From Chiloscyllium plagiosum (lineage: Eukaryota): a stretch of 64,000 nucleotides of DNA. Below the pieces are notes generated by a model that searched no databases, had not been told where the DNA came from, and was given only the letters and a program-made list of their open reading frames with translations. The first letter of the stretch is position 1. Each line of letters starts with the position of its first letter. The position numbers and the translations under genes are program-made. Below are positions 11,701 to 26,700 of the stretch, piece by piece. The DNA lies in contig NC_057720.1 in assembly GCF_004010195.1 (NCBI RefSeq), positions 10,768,991 through 10,832,990 of the forward strand, read 5' to 3'.

Positions 11701-14700
11701 GTGGAAGCAGAATCAGTCAGGACCTTTAAGCGACTACTGGACATGCACGTGGACAGCAATGAATTGAGGGATGCATAGGTTAGGTTATTTTATTTTAGAT
11801 TAGGAATAATCCTCGGCATAATATCATGGGCCAAAGGGCCTGTTCTGTGCTGTACTTTTCTATGTTCTATGACTCTCTGACTCTACTAACTTTCATTGTT
11901 TTATAACCCAAGTGGTTTACCAGATTACTTCACAGGGCATTGGCTATTTGGATAATGGCATTCATGAAGCAGTTATGTTTTGCTTAAAATAAGAGTTCAG
12001 TCATTTACATTTTTAACATATTGATCAGAAATGACAAATTAATTAGATGGTTTATCTTTTTATTCTGACAGTAGTTTAAAAGGTACTTGGATGAAGCTAC
12101 TCAGGTTATGGGTCTTGTATGAGAAAGTGAGGACTGCAGATGCTGGAGATCAGAGCTGAAAAATGTGTTGCTGGAAAAGCGCAACAGGTCAGGCAGCATC
12201 AAAGGAGCAGGAGAATCGACGTTTCGGGCATACGTCTTTCTTCAGGAAGAAGGGCATATGCCCGAAACGTCGATTTTCCTGCTCCTTTGATGCTGCCTGA
12301 CCTGCTGCGCTTTTCCAGCAACACATTTTTCAGCTATGGGCCTTGTATGGGCAAATATCGGTAGTAGTATATTTTTGGCAGTACAACTTGATGGGCCAAA
12401 GGGCCTCTGTTGTACTGTATAATTCTGGGTGCATTTCCTCCACGTTTGGATTATTGTTTAATGCTATAACCATCACTGTTGCAAGGTCATGTGTTCAAAT
12501 AATAAAACCAGAGAAAAAACAGCTTCACAGAGACATAGTCATTAAATTCGTGTCAAGCCAAAGAAGAAGGTGTTGGATGTGATGACCAAAGGTTTGCTCA
12601 ATAGATGGGCTTTAGCAAAGGCCTTATGGAAGAGAAATGGTTAAACAGTGAAGTCTAGGTCTTGGGCTGCAGGTATTTAACATACGGAGTTTTGACTACG
12701 GGGTGAATGAAAGGCATTGAGGTGTTCAGTTGGCCATGATCATATTGATAGGCTCAACAGGCTGAATTGTCTCTCCTATTCATACATTCCTATTTGAATG
12801 CATGGTCACCAATGGTAGGGCAAAGGGAGGTGGTGGTGGGGATGGAGGAGAGCAATACATAAGAGGTCAGCAATGGAAGAATCAAAAGTTTGAAAGTGTT
12901 CTCTGGATGGCTCAGATAAGTCATGTTTCCACATGTACCTCAGGTACCCACATTGGATTTGTCAGAGGGGACTGATTGAGATGTTGGGTCAGTAACAATG
13001 TGCTTATTTGAAGGCATGCTTTCTGCCTCCAGGTTTCATCAGTATCAGGGAACTGGGATTTGATGCATTGAGGGACTGCAAGCTGATAAAAATCAGTGGG
13101 ATTCGGGATAATGAGCGAATATGACTTCAATGGCTTTGTACTTAAGCAGGGCTGTAATTTTTAACTTTTTAACGTTATTTCTTCATTTTTCTACTCTTTA
13201 TTTATGTTTTTATGCTGCCATACTTTCAGAATTAGAATTAAAATGATGTTTTACTGTCACATGTATTCAAGTATAAAATTCAGGAGGACAGTGAAAAGTG
13301 GTGTCACCTTAGATATAAATTACCTTGGTACAAATCTTAGGTACTAAAATAGATTAGGTATAAAAGTAGAAAATAAGGAAAAAAGCTAAGCATTTGACAT
13401 TACAGTTCTTCATAGAAATTTGGAAAATGGTGACATTGTACACTTTTCACTGTAATACTGTACCTCTGTCCTTGAGTGCATGTGACAAAACATAATTCTA
13501 ACTCTAATTCAGTTTTTGGGTAAATTGAGGTTCAAGATTTCTTTTATTCATTCATTCATTCACAGGATGTGGGTTTCATTGTCTCGGTCAGTATGTTTTG
13601 CCTATCCCTAAATGCTCTTGGGAAGGTCGTACCTTCTCAAGATGGTAGTGATCTGCCATTTCATACAATCACGCATTACAGAAGAGTTCCACCGTATTTG
13701 ACTCCAACCAAAGCTACTCTAAATCTACCAGGTAAGAACAATGACTGCAGATGCTGCAAATCATATTCTGGATTAGAGCGGTGCTGGAAAAGCACAGCAG
13801 TTCAGGCAGCATCTGAGGAGCAGGAAAATCAACATTTCAGGCAAAAGCCCTTCACCAGGAATACATGCAGACAGCCTGAAGGTTGGCTAGTCCACTTTCC
13901 AGCACTTGGCCCATAACCTTGAATGTTATGACATTTCAAGTACTCATCAGATTAATTTGTTAAAGACTGTGAGATTTCCCACCTGAACTACCCTCCAAGA
14001 TCAGGTATTTCACACCTCCACCACCCTTTGGAGTTATAGGGTATCTCGGAGGTTGTCCGAGATAGCATTGAAATTGTCATTGGATTTGGGATTGATGACA
14101 TTTCAAAGTACACATGGGATGGTTTCGGGGCTGACTCAATCAATATCACAATTCAATAACAAGTAGGTACATGTGTCCATCAATACCTTACCATTTCGTA
14201 CATATCCTGGGATGTACATGGCATGGCTTTGCTTCCTGGTTGTTAACCTTACTATTCCATCTTTTCCTTGTACAGATACTTTAATGGTGTATCTACCATT
14301 ACCAAGAAATTCAGTAAAATACCGAGAATAAACTCCATCATTTCTAACAGCATCAGCACCTAAAGATAAGAAGACAAATCAATTGTAAAGTGCAGAATCC
14401 AGTGTTAATTAATGATAATATTTTACTTTGATCACAATGAAATATAACCACTTGCTAACTGGCTTCTACAGTGATGGATGTATTTACCTCCCCCATTGTC
14501 CAACAGCTCAAGATTCACAGGCTGACCAATAGTCCTCTCTACTGTGGCTGTCACTTTGGCTCCAATAACAGGCAGGAAACCTTGGCTGACTTCTGCAAAA
14601 ATGATCAGTGGGTTTGGAAAAGATGTTGTGTCTTGATTGAGGTGCGCGTTGACTGTGACAGGCGGAATATTCTCATCTGCTGCCCGTGATGTTACTGTTA

Positions 14701-17700
14701 TCGTTACAACCTGAGGCTTTCCAGCTCCATTTTGTATGCTGTACATCCAGGCTCCTGACTGATGTAAAAACACCCCATTGTAATTGAAAAGAAGGAGATC
14801 AAAGTTAAAGCAAAGAGAAAATTTAAACACACAGTCCAATCAGAACCATACGTGTGCCAGGCCAGGAATTGGAAGGCGAGCTGTCAACAAGACTGCGTCC
14901 ATCTCAAAGCTTCCATTTTTGTAAAGCTTTCCATTGGGATCACGGATAAACATTTGTAGTGTGCCAGTCTCCCATGTTACTACAAAGAACGTGTTTTTCC
15001 CAACTGATTTATCGATGAAAACTGTACCATTGAACCAGTCATTACTTGCAATGCTCTTTCCAGAACTTTCCAACTGCAAGAAATCAAAACAGTCATCTTA
15101 AAACACCAACATACCTGTTACCAGAAAGCAGCAAAAAATTCAAAGTCATTCTCTGAAGGATAGTCAAACCTGGATTGACTGTTGACTCATGTTCCCATTT
15201 CCTGATACTAATCCAGTGAAAGCATCAACTAATCCATTTTCATCCAAATTATCAGTAGCTGCATACTGCAGGCCTCCTAAAGATTGAACATGAGAAATAA
15301 TAAGATCAGTCTAGTACTCACAACTGGCTGGGAAAAAAGCTTTGCACAAATTTAAGCCACAAAACTTAATCATGAAACTGATTCCTACTATAGGAAAGAT
15401 ACAGAGGCTTTGGAGAGGGTGCAAAGAAGATTTACCAGGATGCTGCCTGGACTGGAGGGCTTGCCGTATGAAGAAAGGTTGAATAAGCTCGGACTTTTCT
15501 CTCTGGAGAGAAGGAGGAAGAGAGGAGACCTAATCGAGGTGTACAAAATAATGAGAGGAATAGATAGAGTCAATAGCCAGAGACTTTTCCCCAGGGCAGG
15601 ATTGACTGGTACGAGAAGTCATAGTTTGAAGATGTTGGGAGGCTTTCCAGATAAAGGAGACATCAGAGGTAGGTTCTTTATGCAGAGAGTTGTGAATGTG
15701 TGGAATGCATTGCCAGTTGAGGTGGTGGAAGCAAAGCCACTGGGGGCATTTAAGCGACTGCTGGACGTGCACATGGATAGCTGTGAGTTGAGGGGTGCGT
15801 AGGTTAAGTTACTATATTTTACAATAGGATTAAACCTCGGCACAACATCGTGGGCCTAAGGGTCTGTTCTGTGCTGTACTTTTCTATGTTCTATAATCAA
15901 AAATAAATGTAAAATCATCTGCTGACAAAATTATTTGGGGTGATACTAAAATCTTAGATTATTGAACAATGTGAGTGGGCAACGTAGCTTGAGGGGTAAA
16001 AGAATAGAAAAGGTTTAAGAGGGATATTGGCTAAATGCTGGCAAATAGGATAACTGGTCAGCATGGGCAGGTTGGACTGAGGGGTCTGTATCTGTGCCAT
16101 ATTACTTGCCAGCATTTGGCCCATATCCCTCGAAACCGTCCATATCCACTAACCCATCCAGATGTCTTTTAAATGTGTAATTGCAAATGCCTCAACCACT
16201 TCCTCTGGCAACTCATTCCATACACACACCACCCTCTGCGTGAAACAGTTGTCCCTTAGGTCCCTTTTAAATCTTTCCCAGCTCACCTTAAAACCGTGTC
16301 CTCAAGTTTTGAACTCCTCTATCCTGGAGAAAAGACCTTGGCCATTCACCTTATCCATGCCCCTCATGATTTTATTAACCTCTGTAAGGTCACCCTTCAG
16401 CCTCTGATACTCAAGGGAAAATAACACTAGCCTATTCAGCCTCTCCCTTTAGCTCAAACCCTCTAATCCCTTCACAACAGTCTTTCCTAAAGCAAGAGAC
16501 CAGAATTGCACAGGGCATTGCAAAAGTGTCTGAACCAATATCCTGTACAGCTGCAACATGATCTCCCAACTTCTGTACTGAATGCACTGACCAATAAAAG
16601 CAAACATACCAAATGTTTTCTTTACCACCCTCTCTGCCTGTGACTCCATTTTCAAGGAACTATGAACCTGCGCTCCAAGGTCTCTTTGTTCAGCAACACT
16701 CCTCAGGACCTTACCATTAAGTGTATAAGTTCTTTACAAAACGCAGAAACTCACATTTATCTAAATTAAATTTCATCTGCCACCCTTTAGCCAATTGGTC
16801 CATCTCTGAGGTAACCTTCTTCACTGTCCACTACACCTCTAATGCAGGTGTCATCTGCAAATTTACTAACTGTACATCCTATGTTCACATCCAAACCATT
16901 TATATAAATTGAATTATAAAGTCTTACAGCTCGGAAAAAGACCCTTTGGTCCAACCAGTCCATGCCGAACATAATCCCAAACTAAACTGTTCCCAATTGC
17001 CTCCTCCCCACCTTTTCTATTCCTCTATCTAAATGTCTTTTAAACGTTCTAATTCTCCCTGCGTCCACCACTTCCAAAGGAAGTCCATTCCACATGTGAA
17101 ACACCCTTTGTGTAAAAAATCTGTCTCTCACGTCTTTTTTAAAATCTCTGTCCTCTCACCTTAAAAATGTGCCCCCCTCATCTTGAAATTCCCCATTATA
17201 GGGAAAGATAACTATCATTAACTCTATCTATACTCCTAATTATTTTATAAACTTCTGTCAGGTCGCCTCTCAAGCTTCTACACTCCAGTGAAAATCGCCC
17301 AGCATATTCAATCTCTCCCTCATTAATCCAGTCTGTGTGTAAGCTGAAATAGCCCATTTTTATTATATTTCCCTCTTTTTATATACATCTCTAAGTTCCA
17401 GATTTGCATCAGGCCCAATTTTACCACTCCAGTTTGGTGACCTGGAAATAAATCCTCCCAATGTTTGCAGTAACTTACTTTTTATCAGCGTCAATCAAAC
17501 TGATTCTACATCTTGATCCTTCTGCCTGGGATCCTCCATTACAAAGATACTGATGTCACCAGTACAGGGAGTGATAGGGAAAATTCTCCACTGTATTAAC
17601 CTCTAGTTCAGAGGAGCAAATATTTCCCAAGATTGATGTTATCTTAGCACCATTCAATTTTCTACATTGCACAGTGACTACAGTTAAAGAAATAAAAAAC

Positions 17701-20700
17701 ATCAATTTGGCTGCATCTTGGCACACCCTGAATTTATGAAAAGCTCTGTAGAAATGGGGTTTCTTACTATCTTTCTATTGAGGCTCAGCTTTGGACATTC
17801 TGAACAAGATTCACACTGGATTCAAAACGTTAACTCTGTTTCTCTCTCCACAGATGTTAACAGATTTGTTGAGTTTCTCCAGCATTCTGTTTCAAGGACA
17901 TTGTTGGTTTGTAAAATCAGATGCTTTTCACTGAATTTTCAAAGAAACTTACAGAAATATACTTTTATCACAGTAATTGGGCACTCAAAAATACTTAATA
18001 TTGCCTGTTAAACTAATCCCTGTGCTTCATTGAGTACAGGAGTTGGGAGGTCATGTTATGGCTGTACAGGACATTGGTTAGGCCACTTTTTGAATATTGC
18101 GTGCAATTCTGGTCTTTTTCCTAACAGAAAGATGTTGCGAAACTTGAAATGGTTTGGAAAAGATTTATAAGGATGTTGCCTGGGTTGAAGGATTTGAGCT
18201 ATCGGGAGATGTTGAATTGGCTGGGGCTGTTTTCCCTGGAGACTCAGAGGTTAAGGGATGACCTTATATAGGTTTATAAAATCATGCGGGGCATGGTTAG
18301 GATAAATAGACAAGGTCTTTTCATTGGGCTGGCGGAATTCATAACTAGAGAGCATAGGTTTAGGGTGAGAGGAGAAAGACATAAAAGAAGCTGGGGGAAA
18401 TGTTTCACACAGAGGGTGGTACGTGTATGGAATGAGCTGCCAGAGGAAGTGATGGAGGCTGGTACAATTGCAACATTTAAAAGGCATCTGGATGGGTACA
18501 TGAGTATGATGGGTTTAAGGGATATGGACCGGTTGCTGGCAGGTGGGACTGAATTGGGTTGGGATATCTGGTCGGCATGGATGTGTTGGACCGAAGGGTC
18601 TGTTTCTGTGCTGTACATCTCCATGACTTTATAACTCTATTTGCTACTGAAGTTTAATTCTTGATCAGCAAAACAATGTAAATGTCACATGCCTGTCTTT
18701 GATGACAACTGTTCCAGCTCTTTGGCTGCCTTCGGTCCTAATGCTATCGTGTGGATAACTGCACCACTTTGTTCCACCTCCGAGAAACAACTGCTTATCC
18801 CACTGTCCTCCCCATCAGTCAGCAAAACGATTTCATCACCATTTGTAGATCCGTCATCACCACTAAGTACCTGTAAAGCCATTGTTCATTGTCAATATGG
18901 GAAAAATATAATAATGATGTGGACAGTAATGAATTATCAAATGTCTCTGACTTACCTGAAAACCAGCTCGAACCCCTTCACAAATGTTTGTTCCACCACT
19001 AGCTATTTTAGGTAGAAGATTTTTCAGCTTTTTTCGTGCGTCTTCACTCTCAATTACTGTCAATTTGTGAATCACAGTGGCATAACTGTGAAAACCAACT
19101 ATGCCAACATATGATTGATCTTCAATGATCTGGAGTAAAAATATCCCAGCCGCTTGTTGAAGCCTTTGAATTCGATTTTCCTGCAAACACAAATAACTCA
19201 ACTCAAATTCAAAACTCAATCTCCCAAACCATTTGTCATTCTCATATTTTGTAAAAGTAAATAAAACCAAAGTACTGTGGATACTGGGGTTTTGAAATAG
19301 ACCAGAAAATGAGAAAGAAACTCAACAGGATTGGCAGCATCTATGGGGAAAGAAACAGGGTTAATCTTTCTGAGAGGGGTCATTCAAATTCAAAATGTTA
19401 ACATTGCTTTTCTTTCTACAGATACTGCCAGGTCTGCTGAGTTTCTCCTGCATCTTCTGTTTTCATTTTATATCATGTACGCTCTGTATAAATCAGTATA
19501 AGTAGAATAAATCTTTCAACTTAAGTTTAACAAATCTCAATCACTTGTTTTGTGAATTGTAGTCCAAACAGACTTGAGTACATTATCTCGGCTCAGGATT
19601 ACAGTGGTGTTGGAAATGCAAAGCAGATCAGGCAGTATCCGCGGAGCAACATTTTGGGCAAGAGCCCTTCATTAGGATTCATGACGAAGGACTCTTGCCC
19701 GAAATGTCAATTTTCCTGCTCCTTGGATGTGGCCTGAACTGCTGTGCTTTTCCAGCACCACTCTAATCTTGACTCTATTCTCCAGCATCTGCAGTCCTCA
19801 CTTTCACCTACATTATCTTGGCTGACATGCCAGTGCAATACTGAAGGAAAATTATATTGCAACTGCAGGTCAGACAGTTTAATCTTAGTGCTGGGAAAGC
19901 TTTTGGAAATGATAGACCAGGATACCAGCAATTGTGACTTGGACAAGTGCGGATTAATTATGGAATGTTGGCAGGATTTATTAAATAAAATCAAAAATAC
20001 TTGAAATTAGAACATTACAGCACAGTACAGACCCTTCGGCCTATGAAATTACCTTAAATAAAATAAAAGTGCTGTAAATTCAAAGGTCAGTCAAGCAGCA
20101 TTTGTGAAAAGAAGGTTAATATTCAGGTTGAGATCTTAAACTCTGTTTGTCTTCTCGCACAGCCTGGCCTGGTGAATACTCACAGGATTCCCTTTCTTTC
20201 AGAGTTCTAGCATCTGTAGTATTCTGCTGTGGCGTTAATTTTTATTTGGACTTGTTCAAGGCAAATTGCGCTCAAAAAAACTAGCAGAGGTTTTGTTAAG
20301 GCAACAGAGGTCTGATGAGGAAAATATGCTTGATGGTAAAAATCAAAAGGTGTTTAACAAAGTGTCTCATCATTAAGTTTGCATTAAACGTTGTAACTAA
20401 GTAAGTAAATATTAACATGGATACAGCATTGACTGAGTGACACAAAAGGGGCAGTAGTTGCAAACAGTTCCTCTTGCTCTGGGGAAAGCTATATATAGTG
20501 TGTATCCTATCTACTAAGAATACTGTATGGTGATCTATACTACTGACTTATACTTAGTTTTACAATTTGAAAATTTTCAATGACATAAAACTTGGAAGTA
20601 TAGTGAACTGTGGGGAGGATACTAATAGACATCAAGAGGATAAACAAAAAACCAAAAGAACTGTGGTTGCTGGAAATCAGAAACAAAAACAGAAATTGGA

Positions 20701-23700
20701 AAAACTCAGCAGGTCTATCAGCATCTGTTGAGAGAAATCAGAGATGACATTTCCAGAACTGAACCCAAAAAGTTAAACAATTTCTCTCTATAGACACTGC
20801 CAGACCTGCTGAGATTTTCAAGCAATTTCTGTTTTAGATCAAGAAGACATATTCCATTTGCCAATTGTATGTTCATTCTGTACAGTAATCAATGTCATCC
20901 TGTGTTTCATCTCAGTCCTCCTCTGTATTAGCCACACACCCCAAGTATGATAATATCTGTACATTTTGAAATTGTGTTTTTGATTTCTGAGGTTGGGTCA
21001 TTGATGGGTTTAAGTGATAAACTATCATGGTCCTAGTAGTAATCCTGGTGGAACACCACTGTCACCATTTGTCACACCTCCATTGCATAGAAACAGGGTC
21101 TTACGTATATTGAAATGATGGTTTGAGCATATGGGGTAAAGTTTCAGAAATGCTCTGTTTATAGGTCATCTTAAACTGAAAGGTTAGCTCAGTTATCTTT
21201 TCAGATTCTCCAAACCTGCTGAGTATTTCAGCATTATTGTTTTTTTTTAATTTCAGAATTGTAGTTTGTTATATTTGGTGCAGGAAATGAGAAAGCCCAT
21301 GATGACCTTCTGAAGCGACCTGTTGGAGATGTCATTACACACCTCTGGAACAGGTGGGACATGAATCCAGGCACCCCACCTTAAGGATACTACCATTATA
21401 AGAACAATATAAAATGCAGGTCTTGCAGGAAAGTAATGACCTCTTGTTTCCTATGTGGTGAACAATGGTCAGCAAAGGACTGCAAGTGATGGTCCTTTAA
21501 ATAACATCAGCCTGAACAAACATCATATTGTCATACCGAACTCATGCTTCCCGAAGTATCAAGAACTAAACATAACACTCGGTCTTTGGCATGCAGGAAA
21601 GTTATCTTTGGCTCAAGTGAAGTGATATTAGTTGGATGGTTGTTCTTGAAATCGTCCGATTTGCTGATTACATCCCAAGTGCTCCTCTCATTGCACATTT
21701 TGTTTTGCATGTTCGGAGCTTCACGGTTGTGTGTCTTATTGTCACAGAAGTCAACCACCTGCAAAGGGAACACAAGGTCAGATGCAACAACAGACAGCTG
21801 AGAAAACGAGATGCTTCCTGGGTCAAAATGATAGATTTGTCTTTATTGGAAAATCCCAGTTTCGATTTCTGTCTATCAGTTTAGCTCAGTTGACAGTATT
21901 TGCTCCCTTCAGTATGAGGTAGTTATGAGCTTGGCTTGCCTTGCCCTGTCTCTGTAATCTCCAGTCCTTTTAAAGCCTTGCTTCCCTATGAGGTGATGAT
22001 TGATGCTGCGTTTGTTAAAGATTGAGAAATCAATTAAATAAAACACAGTCACAACAATTTGTGAGGAGACTATGACCATGAACACGTACAATGTACTTTT
22101 TATTATAATCACAAGCTCTACACAGTGAAACATTTGAGAAGTGCAGGCATTTGTTGTGGTGCAGAATGAGACCATTCAGTCAATCATGTCCATGCTGGTT
22201 AAAAGAAAGAGCAATTCCATCTAATCCTACCTTTCACCTCTTAGCCTGTGTACCTCCAGGTTATGACCCTCAAGTGCACACCCACATGTTCATTGAAATC
22301 CTGTGAGTATTTTGACTTTACCAATTTTCAGGCAGTACGTTAAAGATCGTACCAATGTGAAAAAAATTACTCCACAATTCTCTTATTTCTTCAAGGCTTT
22401 ACTTTGAATCTATGTTCCCTGTCTTTTCTTTATCTGCTAACAAAAATAGCTTTTTCCTATCCACTCTACTTAGGCACTTCATTATTTCAGACAGCACTGT
22501 GGTTAGCACTGTTCCTAGGTTTGATTCCACCCTTGGGCGACTGTCTGTTCAGAGTTTGCTCATTCTCCTCCCTGTCTGCATGGGTTTCCTCTAGATGCTC
22601 CAGTTTCCACCCACAGTCCAGACATGTGCAGGTTAGAGTTGATTGTCCATGCTAAATTGCCCATATTGTCCGGGAATGTCCAGGTTAGATTGATTAGCCA
22701 TGGGGAATTTGGGGTTAAGGAGATAGGGTTGGGTCTGGGTAGGATGCTCTTCGGAGGATCGCTATGGACTCAATGGGCCAAATGCCTGCTTCCACACCAT
22801 AGGGATTCTACTCTATGAAGACTCTAGCTGCAGTCTACCCAGTGTTTCATTCAGTTCTAGCATAAGCTCCTGGTTCTATGTACCAAAAAGTTTGTTTTAT
22901 GCAGTTAAATTTCTAATTAAATTATAGCGTATTTTTCGATGTTTTAATGTCAAACCTTCCAGAAAAGGCAATATGAGAGATGGACAGCCCAAAATGTGTG
23001 ATCAAGTGAAGCAAGCTTGAAATCTTTTTCATGCTGTACTTGGGTCGTGATTATTGGACACAGTGAAGTCCTGCCATTCAAATCTTCACTTTTGCAAATT
23101 CACTGATTCTCAACCTGAGAATTCTGAGCAACCACTGCACTTAGTGCAGGTCAGATTACTGTACACAATTCTGTACACCATTTCACCGAGTGCGGGTCAC
23201 ATTTTATTTACCTGCAGTCTTCAGGTGCAAAAAGTAGAAGAAAAGTGAAGTGGATATGTTAAAAAATAACTCAAAACTTAAACTGGTCTGCAGACTGACA
23301 TAATGATGATAGAAAACAGGATTGCCTAGACTGTAAAGTTTGCACTGCATGTGTATCTGCTCCCACATTACACTTACACACTATTATAACATTTATAATG
23401 CAGGAGGCCTACAGCAAGGGGAGAAAGTTGCTATGTCCCTCATTTTATTATACTATTTCTCCTGTATAACATCAATAATACAATTGTTTTATTGTATTTT
23501 ATTGTCTACTAGATACTGTATGTGTCAGTATTTTTCGATATTTGGAAACTATCCAATTGACTCTCATTACCCTCTGTGATGTCAGCATTTGCAACATTTT
23601 CAAGGAACATAACTGCTGCAAACAGCAAGACTTTGTACATGAAACATTTGCAGAAGTAGGTGTTAATAATTTGCAAGGGAAATACATCTTAATAATCCCA

Positions 23701-26700
23701 CTTACCCCTGGTAATCCTGTTGTGTACATTATTGAAGTTGATGTCACTTGGTTCTGGTCTGGAAAGAAATTACAGTCAGCGTCTGGGAGCCCTGTGCTGG
23801 GATCACAGGTACCACAGGCACCCCCAGTACAAGAGACTTTTAATCCTTTCATTTCCTTTGAACACCTAGATATGGAAATGAAGCACGATGTGTAATTAAT
23901 CATACTGATTTTTATAAAGTCACCATAGTCTTCCTAGTTTATACATAGTTTAGAACTTCCAGATGCTTCCAGGTTCAAAAGAGTAATTGCCAGAGGGGAC
24001 TCTCAAGTCAGGGGCACAGACAGGCAATTCTGCTGCTGTGAGCCAGTATTGACATTGCTCCCTAGTGCCAAGGTTAGGGACATCTCCAAGTGAAATGTTT
24101 GCAGAGTGAATATAAGAAGTTATGTAAGAGGTTAAAAAGAAGAACTTTAAAGGTAGTAATCTCTGGATTACTCCCAGTGCCATGTGCTAATGACAGTAGG
24201 ATAAGAAGATAAGGCTGATAAATCAATGATTGTGGAGGTGGTGCAGTGGGCAGGGATTCAGATTTTTGGATCTTTGGGATCACATCTGAGCCAGAAAAGA
24301 CCTGTTTAAAAGGGACAGATTTCACCTGAACTGGAAGGGGACCAGTATCATGGGGGGAGAGATTTGCTTGTGTATTTGTGAGATTTTAAATTAGTATTGG
24401 GGAAGTTGTGGAGATCCTAAATAATAATGGGATGAGTATGGTTGGAAATTAAAGACAGCAAGTTAGTTAGACAAGGCAACCAAGAACAAATCAAAGAACG
24501 AGGTAACTCTGAAGAATTAAACTGCATTTATTTCAATGCAAAGAATCTGGCAGAAAGGTATCTGAACTCAAGACATGCATGGGAACATGGGACTGGGACA
24601 TCATTGCTCATCCAGAAACATGGCTCAGGGATGGACAAGACTGACACCTCAATGTTCTCAGAACCAGATGCTATAGGAAGGATAGAGTCATCGAGTGATA
24701 GAGATGTACAGCACGGAAACAGACCCATCGGTCCAACTCATCCATGCCAACCAGATATCCCAACCCAATCTAGTTCCATCTGTCAGCACCCAGCCTATAT
24801 CCCTCCAAATCCTTCCTATTCATAAACCCATCCAGATGCCTTTTAAATGTTGCAATTGTACCAGCCTCGACCACTTCCTCCGACAGCTCATTCCATACAC
24901 ATACCACCTCCTGCATTAAAAAGTTGCCCATTAAGTCTCTTTTATATCTTTCCCCTCTCACCCTAAACCTATGCCCTCTAGTTCTGGACTCCCCCACCCC
25001 AGGGAAAAGATTTTGTTTATTTATCCTATCCATGCCCCTCATGATTTTATTAACCTCTATAAGGTCACCCCTCAGTCTCCGATGCTTCAGGGAAAACAGC
25101 TCTAGCCTATTCAACCCATTCCTATAGCTCAAATCCTCCAATCCTGGCAACATCCTTGTAAATCTTTTCTGAACCCTTTCAAGTTTCACAACATCTTTCC
25201 GATAGGGAGGAGACCAGAATTGCATGCAATATTCCAAAAGTGGCCTAACCAATGTCCTGCACAGCCACAACATGGCTCCCAACTCCTGCACTCAATGCTC
25301 TGACCAATAAAGGAAAGCATACCAAACACATTCTTCACTATCCTATCTACCTGCGACTCCACTTTCAAGGAGTTATGAACCTGCACTCCAAGATCTCTTT
25401 GTTCAACAACACACCCTTGGACCTTCTACCTTTCAGCCAGTTCTATATCCAAATGGCAAGTTCTCCCTGTATCCCATGAGATCTAAACTTGCTCACCAGT
25501 CTCCCATGAGGAATCTTGGCGAATGCCTTACTGAAGTCCATATAGATCACATCTACCACTCTGCCCTCATCAATCCTCTTTATTATTTTTTCAAAAAATT
25601 CAATCAAGTTTGTGAGACATGATTTCCCATGCACAAAGCCATCTTGGCTATCCCTAATCAGTCCTTGCCTTTCCAAATACATGTACATCCTACCCCTCAG
25701 GATTCCCTCCAACAATGTGCCCACCATCGAAGTCAGGCTCACTGGTCTATAGTTCCCTGGCTTGTCCTTACCACCTTTCTGAAACAGTGGCACTACGTTT
25801 GCCAATCTCCAGTCTTCCTGGCATCTTACCTGTGACTATAGATGATACAAATATCTTAGCAGGAGACCCAGCAATCACTTTTCTAGCTTCCCACAGAGTT
25901 CTAGGGTACACCTAATCAGGTTCTGGGGATTTCTCCACTTTTATGCATTTCAGGTCATCCAGCATTTCCTCCTCTGTAATATGGACATTTTTCAAGGTGT
26001 CACCATCTATTTCCCTACATTCTATACCTTCCATGTCCTTTTTCACAGTAAATACTGATGCAAAATACTCATTTAGTATCTGCCCGATCTCTTGCGACTC
26101 CACACAAAGATAGATGTTGAGGCAAGAGAGGAAGAGGATTGGCATTTTTCATTAGGGAAAACATCATGGCAGTACTTAGAGAGGATAGTCCAGTGAAACT
26201 ATATGCATAGAACTTAGAGATAAAAAGGGGATAATCACCTTGATGGGATTGTGCTAAGGGCACCCCAAAAGTCATCAGGAAACTGAAGAGCAAATGTGTA
26301 GAGAGAGCTCAGCTATGTACAAGAATGGTAGGGTTGTAACAGTAGAGGTTTTTAACTTTACCAACATAAACAGGACTGCCATAGTGTTAAGGGCTAGGAG
26401 AACGAGGAGTTTGTTGAATGTGTTCAAGAATATTTTCTTCATCAATATGCAGATGTATCTATTCGAGAAGAAACAAAACTTGACATTATTTTGGGAAATA
26501 AGGCAGGGCAAGTGACTGACATGTTATTGGGAAAGCACTTTGGGACCAGTGATCATAATACTGTTAGTTTTAAAATAGTTATGGAAAAGAATAGACCCTG
26601 GATAAAATGTCAAGTACTGAATTGGAGCAAGGCCAATTTTGACAGTATGAGATAGGAACCTTCAAACGTTGATTGGGATATACTGTTCACGGGTAAAGGG

